NCBI RefSeq assembly: GCF_024521635.1 | Contig: NW_026250424.1 | Location: forward strand, 496,001 to 560,000 | Direction of reading: 5' to 3' | Source: Tricharina praecox | Taxonomy: Eukaryota | Length of the DNA: 64,000 nt | Shown: in pieces, positions 49,520 to 62,562 of the stretch | How positions within the stretch are numbered: position 1 is the stretch's first letter | Layout of the letters: each line of letters starts with the position of its first letter | The notes under the pieces: model-generated | The model's database searches: none | What the model was told of the DNA's origin: nothing | Seen by the model: only the letters and a program-made list of their open reading frames with translations | Position numbers and translations under genes: made by a program

Positions 49520-51973
49520 TCAAGCCCAGCCTTCGGCTTGAGTACCCACGATCTCATCGCCCATCGGGAACTTCGCCTCGTACTCCAGATCCAACGTGAC
49601 ATGACTTCCCTCGGGCAACTCGAGATCCCACTCGACCTCGCCGCCCATCTTCAGTCTCGCCAGAATGGCCACCACACCCTTCGGCACGACAACCTTGACC
49701 TCATCACCCACGACCCTGAGCCCCTTCGGTTTGAGAATCACCAGGCGCAGCCTTTCGTCCTCGGAAACGGGGACCTGGTCGAGCACGCGCAGCCTCGAAA
49801 TCCCGGGCCTCAAACTATGCACGCGTATCTGTCTTGAATACGTAACGATCTGCTCCTTGACCAGCATGCCCTGGCTGGCGGCCTTCTTGACGGGCTTCGC
49901 GTACATGACCTGGATGCTCTGGTCGACGCCCAGGCCGACCTCGAAGGAGGTGCCCGGGAAGCAGCGCGGGATGTTGGTGCTCCCCATGAACGATCCGTCG
50001 AGCGTGAGCCCGGCGGGGCCCTTCAGCAACGCAAATGACGAGATGTTCGGGATTCGCGCACTCATGTACACCGCTGACCGGATCTTGGGTACCGCGTGGA
50101 AGTTGAACTCGACGGAGCCGAGCTTCATCTCCGCGATCACGTGCCGCCGGAGTTGCGGCGAGGACACGATCGTGCGTGTGCCCGGCAGCTCGTATATCGC
50201 CATTACGCCGTAGGTGATCGCTGTGCTGGAGGCTTCGCGCATTTGCTGTTGCTGCTGCTGTTGCCCCGGCTGTTGCTCAGGCTGCTTCTCCCCACCGAAG
50301 AAGGGGGTCTCTTCACTGTTGAGGAAGGAGTCGAAATCGAAGTTATCTAGAGAACGGGAAGAACCGCCAGTCAGAGATTGAACTGGACGAAGCGGGAAGG
50401 GCTTCTTCCATGCCCAACAATTCATCTGAGGCACCAAACATGTCGGACCCAACAGCATGCACAGGTGGAGGACCCCCAAAGCTGGGCAGTTGCGCGGTAT
50501 TCGGATATGCAGCTTGGGACTTTTGCGCGCTGTAGTCCATTTCTTGTCGTGCCAGCATCATTCGTTTCTTGTTCGATTGCTCCAACAGCATGAGTTGCAT
50601 CTGGTAATCTTGCGAAGCTCGAGGGCCAGGAGGTACTGTATCGGTGTCAATACATATACTCATGTACAAGGAGGACATAGATGCAGAGATTCCACGTACT
50701 GACAACGTTCGGAGCGCGATTGCGAGGGTTTGCTGTATCGGTGTCAATACATATACAAGAAGGGCATAAATGCAGAGATTCCACGCACCCGGGGGAAGGC
50801 TCGGAGCTGGCCGCTTCTCTTCCGGAGAAGAATTGGCTCCACCTGTTTTATAGCGATCTTCCTTCCGTTGGAGGCCGACAGCCCACGTGGACAGCAGCGG
50901 CGCTTTATCGCCGAGTCCGCCAAACGTGGATTGACTGTTTGAAAGCGTAACTTTGGCGTCGCGCCATGTTTCGCCTGTTGTTGCGTAGAATCCAGCCCTG
51001 CACACAAGATGTCCAGTTGCAGACGTGGTGTCCAGGCGCAGATCATAGCGCGGATCCCACGAGACCCCAGAACCGATGATGTACGAGATCCGCAGGTAGG
51101 ATGTGGCTCCTTCTGGTGCCTCGTCGTCGTCCGGACGAGACCGCTTGCTAGTCGAGGCCTCGGCGGCAATCGAGGGTGTACTCTCTAGAAAGCTGTCCTT
51201 CTCGATGGTTATTTGGACATTATAACCGAAACTGGGATTCTCTCTCGCTTTGTATAGCTCTTCCCGCTTGCGTGTCCACTCCTTTCCTTCGGCACCCCGG
51301 AGGAATTTCTTTTCGAGTTTATCGCGGCGGTTCCTTGCCTCCTTAAGGACCGGCTTCATCTGGCATATCTCTTCCTCGAACCCTTCGATCAGCGCCGAAA
51401 GTTTCTCGGACTCGTTCATGATCATATTGACTATTTCGGAGAACTGAGTGGTTCCATTATGCTCCATGAGAATCGAACTCGTGTTGATCTCGAGATTTTT
51501 GAACAGGTTCTCTGCCGCAATCTTCTTCCGCACGACACCTTCGTGCCGTTTCTCCAGGACTCTAGCCTGCTCGACTGCCTCCTTGAGCTCGTCGCTCCAG
51601 AGACTAACTTGCATCACCGCGTCCTCCTCGTCTTCGGATTCACAGTCGAAGCCGATCTCTTCCGCCCTGACGAGGCTCACTATCGTGTCTGCTATGAGAG
51701 CGGCCCCGAGGCCGTGGCCCTCCACCTTCAGACTGTGCTGGTCGAGGTGCATCGACAGACCCGAGATGGTGATTTCATTGCAGCCGGTCCAGAAGCCACG
51801 TCAAAACCGGGAACCGGAAAGAGTGCTGGAAGGCGGGAGATAGATACCTTGATCTCGATGTTCTCGATGTCCCGGACCACGGCTGCACGGGAGGGATAGA
51901 TGGTCACGGAGCGGGTAGGAAGGTCCTTGATGGGGATTAATTGCCGGTGGATGATATCATGCTCGGACGCCAT
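49520..51973 (-). CDS. DUF4140/DUF4139 (mucoidy inhibitor A-like) protein; two splice sites look non-canonical
   Basis: LPTRSVTIYPSRAAVVRDI, LRISY..SGVSWDPRYDLRLDT, TGETWRDAKVTLS, LLKGPAGLTLDGSFMG, GLGVDQSIQV.Y.KP and VLDQVPVSEDERL. Introns ~51789-51847, 50733-50788, 50636-50699 and ~50347-50413. Confidence 0.85.
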
Positions 51974-53081
51974 GATTGAAGAAGAACTCGGTGTAAAGCT
52001 GAAGATGATGGTAGAAGGTAGGCAACTGATGTTTTCCGAGCTGCTGGCTGTCGAACTGGCTCTCATATGGGTGAGCAGAACGCTGCTTTTTATAGAGAAC
52101 CGAGCATGAGACGTTCTCCAACGGCACGGAAGCAGGCCACATGGACCGAGCCTCCTAGGCAGACGTGTTTAAGCGTGCATCATGCGTTTGTATGAGGAAT
52201 ACCGGATTGGGGCTCTATTTGGCAGTGAAGTTGCTCGATGTGGTTTTTGGTATATAGCTTCAGCGTGGGGGATGGGGGGCAGCTCTCGAAACTGGGAAGC
52301 CTGAAGCTGGGGTGCCTAAAACTGGGGTGCATCAGTGCTTGCACCGTACGACCACCCCACTTTTTTTGGTTTAATCATCATGCATCGCATTCACCCATAG
52401 GTACATCCGTCACCGTACGATGCACGGGAAATACTCTATTCCAGTAATCCCCGGCTGAATACTCTTAGAGTGTTAGCTTATGATCGTGATGATCAGGGCG
52501 GCCATGAAATCCGCCCAACGAACTACTAATATCGCGGTGGGTTGCTCATGGTGGCCACGGAATTCATCCAATGAACTGCTCATTTAGTATGCACAGGAGT
52601 GAGAGGGGAAATACATGTCCCGCCAGCTGGAGCTTGTGAAATCGCGATTCGGAGCTCGTGATACCCGGTATCCCGCGTCGGAGCTCTCGTCCCTGGCACA
52701 CTTTAAAGCTATGTAGACCGGCACCAGTGAGCGATCGGTAGAACTCTCGAACTCTCGAACAAGTTACTCCATACGAGTAAACCGGCGAGCCATCGCAGTT
52801 TCCGCCAAGATATGCCTGTGCAGCCGGGTGGTGGGGTTGTGGAGGCGCGGCATGGAAGAACGTTTTTCCGTTAGCCTATCGATTTTTCGCGATGCTTGGC
52901 GGCACCACAGAAGTTAGTTAGCGGTGTGCTTTTCGCGACGTCCAGCATTTCCCACCTTACACAACCACTACGGAAACGGACCACGCTCGCACGACCACGA
53001 CCGTCCGAAACGTCCACCCTTCGCCGCACAACCTCCGTCGCCTCCGAAAACTACCCCGAACCGTCCCGTCCCGTCACAGCA

Positions 53082-53886
53082 ATGGGGAAAGCCAAGAAGA
53101 CCAGAAAGTTCGCACAGGTCAAGCGTATGATCTCGTCGCGCGATGGGCGCCTGAAGCAGAACCAAGAGAAGGAGGCGGATGCGGCTAAGAAGAAGGATGT
53201 CAGCGAGATAGTGCGCGAGATGTGAGTTTTTCTCTCCTACTTTGCCGTCTGCGTACGTGGGGTGCAGAGGGCGAATTGCTGATTCGGCGGGCGAAAAAAA
53301 TCAGACCTCAAGTGGCATCCTCCCTCTTCTTCCAATACAACGAAGCGCTGCGGCCGCCGTACTCGGTGCTGGTCGATACCAACTTCATCAACTTCTCGAT
53401 CCAGAAGAAGCTGGAGCTGATCCAGGCCATGATGGATTGCTTGTACGCCAAGGCGACGCCGGTGATCACCGACTGCGTGATGGCGGAGTTGGAGAAGCTG
53501 GGTCCTAGATACCGCATCGCGCTCAGGATCGCGAGAGATCCTAGGTTCGAGAGGTTGAAGTGCGACCACAAGGGCACCTATGCCGACGACTGCATCGTCA
53601 ACCGTGTCATGCAGAACAAAATTTACATTGTGGCGACGAACGATGTGGATCTGGTGAGTTTCCTTTCACGGGAGCAAGGGGAAAGGGGAGGATAAAGCTA
53701 ACGTGTCCAACAGAAACGGAGAATTCGGAAGATCCCCGGTGTGCCGATAATGAGCTGTGGTACTGGAAAGTGAGTATCCCAACGCCCAGCGTCACTTGAC
53801 AGGATTGATGGATGATGACTGACCGTGTCCGTGCGCCTGCCTGCAGATACGCGATCGAACGACTACCGGATGCTCCCGAGAAATAA
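53082..53886 (+). CDS. FCF1: rRNA-processing PIN-domain protein Fcf1/Utp24
   Basis: MGKAKKTRKFAQVKRMI...PQVASSLFFQYNEALRPPYSVLVDTNFINFSIQKKL...CDHKGTYADDC...IVATND.DL/KRRIRKIPGVPIM...YAIERLPDAPEK*. Confidence 0.96.
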
Positions 53887-54470
53887 TGAGCACTGTAACG
53901 GGAGGTGGCGGTGCGGTGTCGACTCACTACGACGGGGCACGTGGGCACCCGGGGAAAAGGTGGAATCATACAGCACGGCGTTTATTAGGGATTTGTCCTT
54001 TTCTGTTTTCGAAATCTAGGGATTTTTGCTCTCAGATCTTGCCTGGTCTGCCTCTGTACCAGTACATACTCAAGATGTAGCCAGGCATTGTCCACGTATC
54101 TTATAACCCGGAGAATCACGGCGCGTCAGATATGACCGAGTGATCAGTCATGATTCGGTCCTAATGTGCGTTTTAATTCTTAAAACGGCAGAGCGGGTTC
54201 AAAAATGGCAAATCTCGGAATTCCGATTGGCTTCGGATATCTGCCTGATATCATTTCGTTTCGGCTTTGGCATACCTAGAGTAAGAACGAGAGCATGTTA
54301 GCTGCGATGACAGTTGGTCGAAGTACATATGTTGGCTTAACCAGGAACTATAGTAGAAGCCCTACGGCTTCGGTATTTTCTTGTTCGATTCCCCAAACCG
54401 CTGCAGGGGGGCTTCACCCGCGATGTGTTGCATAGGACCGGCGACAATCGAAGCTCCCGGATGAGAGTCC

Positions 54471-54723
54471 CAGTGTTCGACATATCTAGTCCAGTCCGTC
54501 CGTCCTGAGCCTCGGACTGGACTGGACAGTATCTTGACAGTCCGTCCGGGAGAGGTGTTCGGACGGACTAGGTAGTTCAAAAAACATGGATGCTAGGACG
54601 GACTGCAGTCGACTACAGTCTGGACCCAGTCCACGAAATCAGTGGACTGGACGTCCGACGGACTACTTTCACGCAGTCCGTCCAAGCCGGACTACGGTCC
54701 GGACCGGATTATGTCGAACACTG
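54471..54723. mobile_element. MITE (hAT-like CAG termini), copy 1
   Basis: 14-bp TIR cagtgttcgacata...tatgtcgaacactg; interior rich in ggact/agtcc repeats. Confidence 0.8.
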
Positions 54724-55205
54724 GATGAGACCGGGGAGGGAGGGGAGACCGAGACGGACAGCCCGTCACATGGAAAAAGGGCTCGGAGACTGCGGGTCGG
54801 TGCGGTGCTTCCTCGTCTAATGTGAGACTCTATTCCTCCGGATGGGGATGGGGTGTTGGGGGCAGCAATTTGTAACATTTTCTTAGATCTATATACCTAG
54901 GATTGTGTCTTGGACATGGCGGTGAGAACTTGGAAGCGTGCTTGCTTCATTGGCTTTGGTCGCTTTCTCCACTGTGAAACTCCGGCTTCCTGTATTTGAA
55001 CACTTTTGTCTCAATGCTCGAGGACACAAGGGAACAGCGAAACGGTAGTTAGGCGTCGGTCGTTTTCGATACCATCCCTTCCCACCACAAACTAGGTTCC
55101 GCTCGGTCTCGTCAACTAATCTCATGATGATCACCTTTGGGTATGTACCTAGCTCGCCAGAAGATGGGTAATTCTTTGTGCTCCCTGATACCGGTGACCA
55201 CTGAC

Positions 55206-55437
55206 CAGTGTTCGAAATAGGTAGTCCGGACTGCCACTTGGACAGACTGCGTGTAAGTAGTCCATCTAGTCCATAGACTCTGTGGACTGGGCGCGGACTG
55301 CAGTCGACTACAGTCCGTCCTGGCCTCTATGTTTTTTAGACTAGTCCGTCCGAACACCTTTCCCGGATGGACTACCAAGATACAGTCCAGTCCAGTCCGA
55401 GGCTCAGAACGGATGGACTGGACTATGTCGAACACTG
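55206..55437. mobile_element. MITE of the same family, copy 2, inverted relative to copy 1
   Basis: cagtgttcgaaata...tatgtcgaacactg; the interior is a diverged reverse complement of copy 1. Confidence 0.8.
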
Positions 55438-57516
55438 GGACTCTCATCCGGGAGCTTCGATTGTCGCCGGTCCTATGCAACACATCGTTGGCGAAGCCCC
55501 CAGATTACAGTCATGATCCAGTAAGGTCGAATTCTATGATGATGAAACCAAAACAAAAGAGCCCCAGATTATCGATAGTATAGCTGCGGCAAGAAGCAAG
55601 GTGATGAACGAAGCAAGACCAACAATTCGCCAAGGCCTGTGCTTACTCTACATAAGGGCCGCTTTTTCCACCTACCATCTCTTCTCCAACTTTCTTGCTC
55701 GTCTTCCCTGTTAGTACATACCACACAGATCACCGCAATACCACCACCACTACATCTCAGCTAGCCATCCCCGTTGGATGTGGGCCAATTGGACTGGCTG
55801 GAGGGTTTCTGGCGACACTGTCGACAATGTCGTTCGATTAGATACTGCCATCGAAGGGAATGCGGCGAAGCCGTGAACCGCCACTCTACCGCGGCCCGTT
55901 ATGGCCCGATTTTCCAGTGGGCCCGAAGGCACTCTCGGACCAGAGGGCACAGAAGAAAGCAAGACAAACTGGCTGCATACTAGTATCTAGACTAGGTACC
56001 AGTGCCAGGGTTCGAACCAAGGATGAAAGAGTACCCAGGCTAGAACATGAGGAACAGCAGCGGTGGGGGCAGAAGATCAAACCACGCGGATGGAGTAGCT
56101 CCCTATGGCCTATTGCAAGCATCCTGTCTCTACTGGGAAGTAGTAGATCGAATTTCGCGGATCGAGTGCTGCATTGTGTACTACATAATACCTAGTAACA
56201 ATCGCTTGCCAAGGCCATGGAGACGCACACTACGTAAGATTAACCACTGCCGGTACTGGCGCTGGCGGCTATTTAACTACCAATAGCAAGTACTTGCTTA
56301 CTCTGGTTATGCACCCACTTGAATGATTCTCTGCTCCCATTCATCCATCTAACTACCGGGTCGGCCCGCGTCCACAATATCCACACACAACGCTAACCAG
56401 GCCCTCGAGGTCCGTCCGTCATTGCCGAGTACCTACCGTACCGAGTAACAATGTCCCAACGTGTCCGTGCATCAACCTCCGACCGTCGGTATGCCCCACG
56501 GCTGTGCGAATCGCAAGAATATCCAGGTGAAGGTGGAGCCTTTCCTCCTCCTCAGCCGCAACGGATGAGTCCGTATGGTCCATTGGTCCTTGAGTGCTCT
56601 CGTTGATGTGCGGTTGTGAGACACTCGTCTTATATTGGGTTGGCAAGTTTACTCAAACCGGCTGGTGATGATCACTAACTCCTAGTAAGCACCTATGTAG
56701 GTACTAGTTACGCGAGACTAGATAGGGCGGTCACTCCACTTTATTCTGGAGCACTCTAGACCGTGTTTTTGGCGACAAGGCGACGGGGGTGGGGAAGAGT
56801 GCCGTGCGTTGGTTTTTACGGGGAGGAAGCCGTATGTGGGGGATATAAAGATATGGTGGTGGTGGTGGTGGTGGTGGTGGTCGGTGGTCGGTGATCGACG
56901 GTCAGTGGTCGGTGGTCGGAATGGAGGGGAGCTGGTCGCATACGGTTACCTAGGCTAGCAGACTTCATGTCCGAGGGAGGTGCTACATACAATTTTCAGA
57001 CGTCCAGCGTTCGAATAAACAACCGAATGGCCTCTCACCGAAAGTGCACCTAGGTACCAACGTGCAGTTATGTACTTCTTATCCGACCGCTGCGCACATG
57101 GATCGCTGGGGGTCCACGTGAGCCAGAATACTGCACTCCATAATCTCGCCTCGATCGGACGAGCCCGCCATAACCTCTTACACATACATATGTATAACCT
57201 CAATGTCACCGGCAATCCCTGGGGTGAGATGGCGGAGTTCGGTACCGAGACAACCACTTCCCGGCCCGGGATAGGGGCGGTTGTTGGAGTAGGCACCTAG
57301 GTGCCTAGGTATGTAGGCGGAAGAAGAAGTCTGGGGGTGTTGGGATAGTGTCACGGTGTTGATCCGGTTTCACATCTTCGGTAGATCTATACGACCGCAG
57401 AATACCATGCGTATATAACGAGCTGCCGCTGGCCCGCGCCCAGGAGAACAGTTAGATACGAAATCCCATCCACCGCCCGATCAACACCAAGACGAAGCAG
57501 GACGGATGCATGCACG

Positions 57517-59020
57517 ATGGCGATATCCCCCTCACCAACGATAGCGAAGGAGTTTGTCGCGCCCACCGGGCTAGCAGCAATATTAGGGGTCGCCGCCGGC
57601 CAAGCAGCCGGACTTCGCGGCGTGCCCGATGGCTTCTCTTCGCCAATCTTCGAACCGGGTTATGTTGTGGAAACGCGAGGCTGCACTTTGGTCATCGTGT
57701 CCTACGTTTCAATGGCACTCACACTGGTTGTCGCTATGGCACGGATCGTGACGAGATATCTCTATGCCAAGAGGCTGCGCTCGGATGATTGGATGATTAT
57801 TCTTGCTACGGTTCGTGGTCGCAGGAGAGATATCTCTTCTCTCTTCCTCGTGCGTGTGCGTTTGGACTGGGAGTTGGAGGGCTGATTGATGGTGAAGTCG
57901 TTTTGCGTAGCATTGACGGCGGAAAATGTCCATGGTGGGGTCAACGGAGGACTAGGGAAACATGGCTGGGATCTGAAGTATTCCGAGATAGCGGTGGGAG
58001 TCAAGGTGTGCATACTATTCTACTCCTCATTGCCATGACAACATCGAGGAGCGTAACTAATGATTATCCCCCGTCCAGATGCTGGTACCGCACCTTCTCT
58101 TCTACGCCTTCACTCTCATCTTCGTCAAATTCTCAATCATCCTCTTCGTGCGCGACCTTGCCAACCAAGCCGACTCCCGCACACTTCAGCACGTCATCAC
58201 CTTCTACTTGATCTTCCACATCTTCTGGGTGCTCGCCTTCGCCTTCGCCTGCATCTTCCAGTGTCTCCCCGTGCAGGCGAGCTTCTCCCTCAGCCTCCGA
58301 TTCCACCCTGATACCCGGTGCCGCGACAACACCGTCTTCTTCTGGGTCTCATCTTCGGTGCACATGGTCTCGGATATCGCCATCCTGGCATTGCCAATAT
58401 GGATGGTCGTCGGCCTGCAAATGACGTGGCAGAAAAAGGCGGCGGTGGTTTTCATGTTTAGTCTCGGTGGACTCGCCTGCCTCTGCTCTATCATCCGCAT
58501 GGCATACTTGGGAGATTATACTTCGTCCTTCGACATATCCTGTACTTTACCCCATTCATCCTCGCCCCCTCCCCCTCAACTGACCAAATAAACCACAGGG
58601 GATGGATACCTCCCTTGCATCTGGGGCCAGCTCGAGGCAACGATCAGCATCATCACGGCGTCGCTACCAGCGCTTAAAATCCTGTTCGCACGGGTGATAC
58701 CCGGGCTCCTAGGCGCGCAAGGCAGCAACGGCAGAGGAAACGTGAACGTGCTGCAATTACGCCCGAGGCGGAGAGCCAGGATCAGTGATATATTCCGGCG
58801 CAGCGAGGATGGCAATGAAACGGTGCAGAGGAAACTCTCGAAGCCGAGGATGGCCATGCCGGTAATCAACGAAAGCGCATCGGCTTCCATCACTACTATG
58901 GATACGGCCGAATCGTCGGCTCCAATTGGTATTGTGAGAAAGTGGTCGTCGTTCTCGAGCCGGAGGGAACTCATCACGGCTCCGGCTCCAACTCTGTCCC
59001 CGGATCTGGAACGACAGTGA
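57517..59020 (+). CDS. PTH11-like (rhodopsin-domain) integral membrane protein
   Basis: ARIVTRYLYAKRLRSDDWMIILA, GGLGKHGWD, FVKFSIILF, IFQCLPVQA, SDIAILALPIWMVVGLQMTWQKK, FSLGGLACLCSIIR and WGQLEATISIITASLPALK. Three introns; no CFEM domain seen. Confidence 0.9.
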
Positions 59021-59355
59021 TCCCGCCTTCTTCTTGTTTCTGTATTATTTCTAGGTATCTACCGGGGGCTCGTCCGGCCCAGGGGAACGGATACGTGTAT
59101 ATATTGCTATGTTCTGGTCATTTGGTTGGATTTCTCCATGGCGTTTTCTTTCTTCTTTCGGACAGCCTGTGGGAGTTTTTGCGTACCGTATGGCTGCTTT
59201 GACAGGTGGGCACTTGTGTACACAATGTAAAAAATTTAACCATACGTATGCATACCTATTTTGCACTCACCTAATCACTCGCGTGTGCCACGTTATTGCC
59301 GGTGTCATCCAGCTGCCAACCAAGAGTTCAGGCAGGCAGACAGGCAGGCGTATTG

Positions 59356-59440
59356 ACGGACGGACATACGGACATATGTATGGACGGACATACGGACGGA
59401 CGGACATGTGGACGGACAGACGGACGGACGGAGAGACAGA
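59356..59440. repeat. GGAC-rich microsatellite
   Basis: ggacggacatac/ggacggac iterations. Confidence 0.8.
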
Positions 59441-60554
59441 CTATAAATGAAACACCGACGTCTCACCCGGTCACACCAGCCCAGAAGTCCAGGACCCCTT
59501 TCCTCGGCACGACACTCACACTCACACCCACGCAGACACCCACGTAGACAGCCGACCAACGACCAACGACCAACTTGACCGAGGCAGTTAATCGTCAGGC
59601 AGCCAACATTAAACGGCATTCGGGGTTTCTGGGTTTCTAGGTTCATGTTTCTGGGGTTCAAAATCCCGGGGTTAGGTTCTTATAACCGAGAACTTGGCGC
59701 TGTATCCGCACACACACACGCTTCGCACTTTACGCGCCCTTATGTAGATATGTTTGTAGATTAGAGTACACAGCCGATGCGGGGGGATTTCGCCGCGGAT
59801 GGTGGACGTGGATGTGGATGTAGACGTAGACATTAGGTGGATATACTAGGTAGGTTCTCTTGAATCTGTGGTGCGTTTGGAATGCGGATGTGACCAGACC
59901 CAACTGGACTGGACTAGATACGATGGGATGGGGTGGGGGATTCCATACCCACTGCCGCGTGGGGAACCAGCGCGCATAACTATATGGTCCATGGATGCGG
60001 GGGAACTCGAACTCTCGGAGAGACCCGACCGGAGACTATCGCTACTCCAACCTCCGTCCTACAGAAACCAACTAAACTTCAATGCTTAACTCTTGGTCTC
60101 AAATATACAGATATTTACTAGCTTTCTGGTCTTTTTCTAAGTATTCGGTCCGACTGTCCGACTTCTAGGGGCATTGGCAAAACCTTCTAGATCCCACGGC
60201 CCACGGGCGTCATCTGGTCAGATTACCTAAATGCTACGAGAATTCGCACAGACTATAGTTACCTATCTGTACATACGTCATGAGTATTGTATATGTACGC
60301 ATAGTATAGCCATAAGCGCTGAACTCCACAATCCACCATATCCCGAAAGCCCAAGCCCAACCCATCCGCCAGTACTATGTAGAAGACATCTTCCCATGAG
60401 CCTTACAATTTTGCCCTCGTCCCTCTTGGTTTCCTTCTTTCTCGCTCTCGGTTATATATGTAACATCTGTGTCCTCCCGCCCCTTCCGCGCTCTAACTAA
60501 TCCAACGACCGACCGAGCCGGATTCGGCCAAAGGAGAATCAATCCGCCTTCTTT

Positions 60555-60692
60555 ATGGATTGATATGGATTGATATGGGAGGATATGGATGGATATGGAT
60601 TGATATGGATTGAAACGGATCGATATGGGAGGATATGGGAGGATATGGATTTATATGGGAGGATATGGGTGGATATGGGAGGATATGGATAC
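60555..60692. repeat. GGATAT-rich degenerate tandem array
   Basis: ggatatggga/ggattgatat units, flanked by a short inverted pair ctaatcca/tggattag. Confidence 0.8.
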
Positions 60693-61212
60693 TTGGTGGA
60701 TTAGGCGTGATTCACGATACAGCACTCGGGCATTCCGGCCCCCGCGGTTAGGGGAGTCCACGGCATTGGACCGGCGGGTTTACTACATATTAAAGGCCTT
60801 CCCCTAACATCCCGTCTTTGGGCACGGCTAGGGACGTACCATCACATTGTTCGGATAACCTCTCTCTCGCGGGTTGTGTGCGAGTGATGGATTGTGCAGC
60901 GTGGCTCCTGCCTCACCACCCTCACCCGCGGCTGTGTCTGTGGCTACGTTATTTGTATCGTCGTTTAATGGGGGATTTGCAGCCTCATCGATGAATTACC
61001 CACTTTGCAATGAACGTGTCTACGTAAGGCAATTCTGCCCTGGTCTTACGACTTCTGCAATCCCTTCACCCAACGCCCAGTTCACATCACATCACTAAGT
61101 ATCTATCGTCGATGTCAAGGAACCGTTTCCGTTCTTCGTATTCCCTCTATCTGTCCCGGCACCATTCATCCACGTATCACTCCCAGCTACCATCTACGTA
61201 TTTATAACGTAG

Positions 61213-61969
61213 TTAGTTACCAGTACTTCCAAACCCGCCCGCGCCGCGCACACTCTCCTCGAGCTCCTCGACGACGACGACGTCCGGCGTGTAGATCTAG
61301 TTACGGGGTACATTAGCATCACCGACAACCCCAGCGGCGGCGCAGAGAACCCACCCTCTCCAGGATCAACTGCGCAACGCGGTCGCCAGCCTTAATCTCA
61401 AAGTCCGTATCCGCATGGTTAAAGAGCAGGATCTTGACTTGACCACGGTACTATCCATTGTATCAGCCACTGCACACCACCCTTCCCTTCCCTTCCCCAC
61501 CCCACTCCACCCCATCCCCTTCCACACCTTTCATCTTCAGAGGGGTACTAACATCCGCATCAACAACCCCCGCGCCCGTATCGATAAAGTTCTTACTCGC
61601 GAGCCCGCTCCGGGGGGCAATACGTCCGTAGCATCCCGCGGGCACGGCAATTGCGATATCCGTATCGACCAGGACCTTTCCTCTGGCGGGAACGGCGGTG
61701 TCGCGCGCCGCGTAGACGTCGTAGCCCGCGGCGAACTCGGAGCCGCGCGTGGGTGCGCGCCCTGAGGGGGTTAGGAGCTTGACCTGTAGTGCGGGAAGCC
61801 CCGTGGGGTTGGTTACGGGCGAGGTTGTCGTGGACATCGTGCGCTGCTTCTTGGTCGTGGAGGGGAGGGCGGCGGTGGTGGAGGTCGGCGAGAGAAGGTG
61901 TTTGCTGTCGGTGACTTCGGTGCGGACGGGGGTGCTGGGTCGTTCGTCGGCGGCGGCGGTGGTGGACAT
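61213..61969 (-). CDS. DUT1: dUTP pyrophosphatase
   Basis: [50 protein letters not shown] and [10 protein letters not shown]: all five dUTPase motifs. Two introns. Confidence 0.96.
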
Positions 61970-62562
61970 CGTTTATTCGTTAGGGCGGGGAGCGGGGAAG
62001 CCCGAGTACCTAGCAGGAGGAGGGAATCGCGTTTAGTACACGGGCTTGGCGGGAAACGTGGATACGCGTTTGAAATCGATTCGTCCGTCGCGAAGAAACA
62101 GTTCATTGGTCGTCACTCGGCTTTGTGATCAAGGAGCATCGTCAAACTCCATTTCACCACTCATCCCGCCCCATTACCCATCTCGTACGACCTCGTCCCA
62201 CCCCTGTCCAAATCCCGTCTATATCGATCGCATCCAAGAAAAATAATCCACAAATATCTCTCCGTTGACACCCACGCTCACTTCCAGGTATTCGCGGACA
62301 CAAATGCCAAACAGAAACAGAGGATAATCCCATCTCGCCAAAATCCTCCCCCTACCCGCTCAGTCCCCTCCCCTCATGCGTTGCGTCGTCAAAAACATAA
62401 CATGAAAACAACCGCTAATTCGCATTTCGTAGTAGAGTTAAGATGTGATGTTAAATGATGATATGTCGCGAAATTATATACCCGAAGAACTAACGAGAAA
62501 GGCATCGAAAAGCAAAAGTTGCAACTAGTTGAATAGTCTATCAGTTTGTGGTGGTAGGGGGT

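Noticed and set aside
56000..56045. tRNA T-loop-like gggttcgaacc (also ggttcgacc at ~33171)
   Set aside because: No acceptor, D or anticodon stems can be formed.
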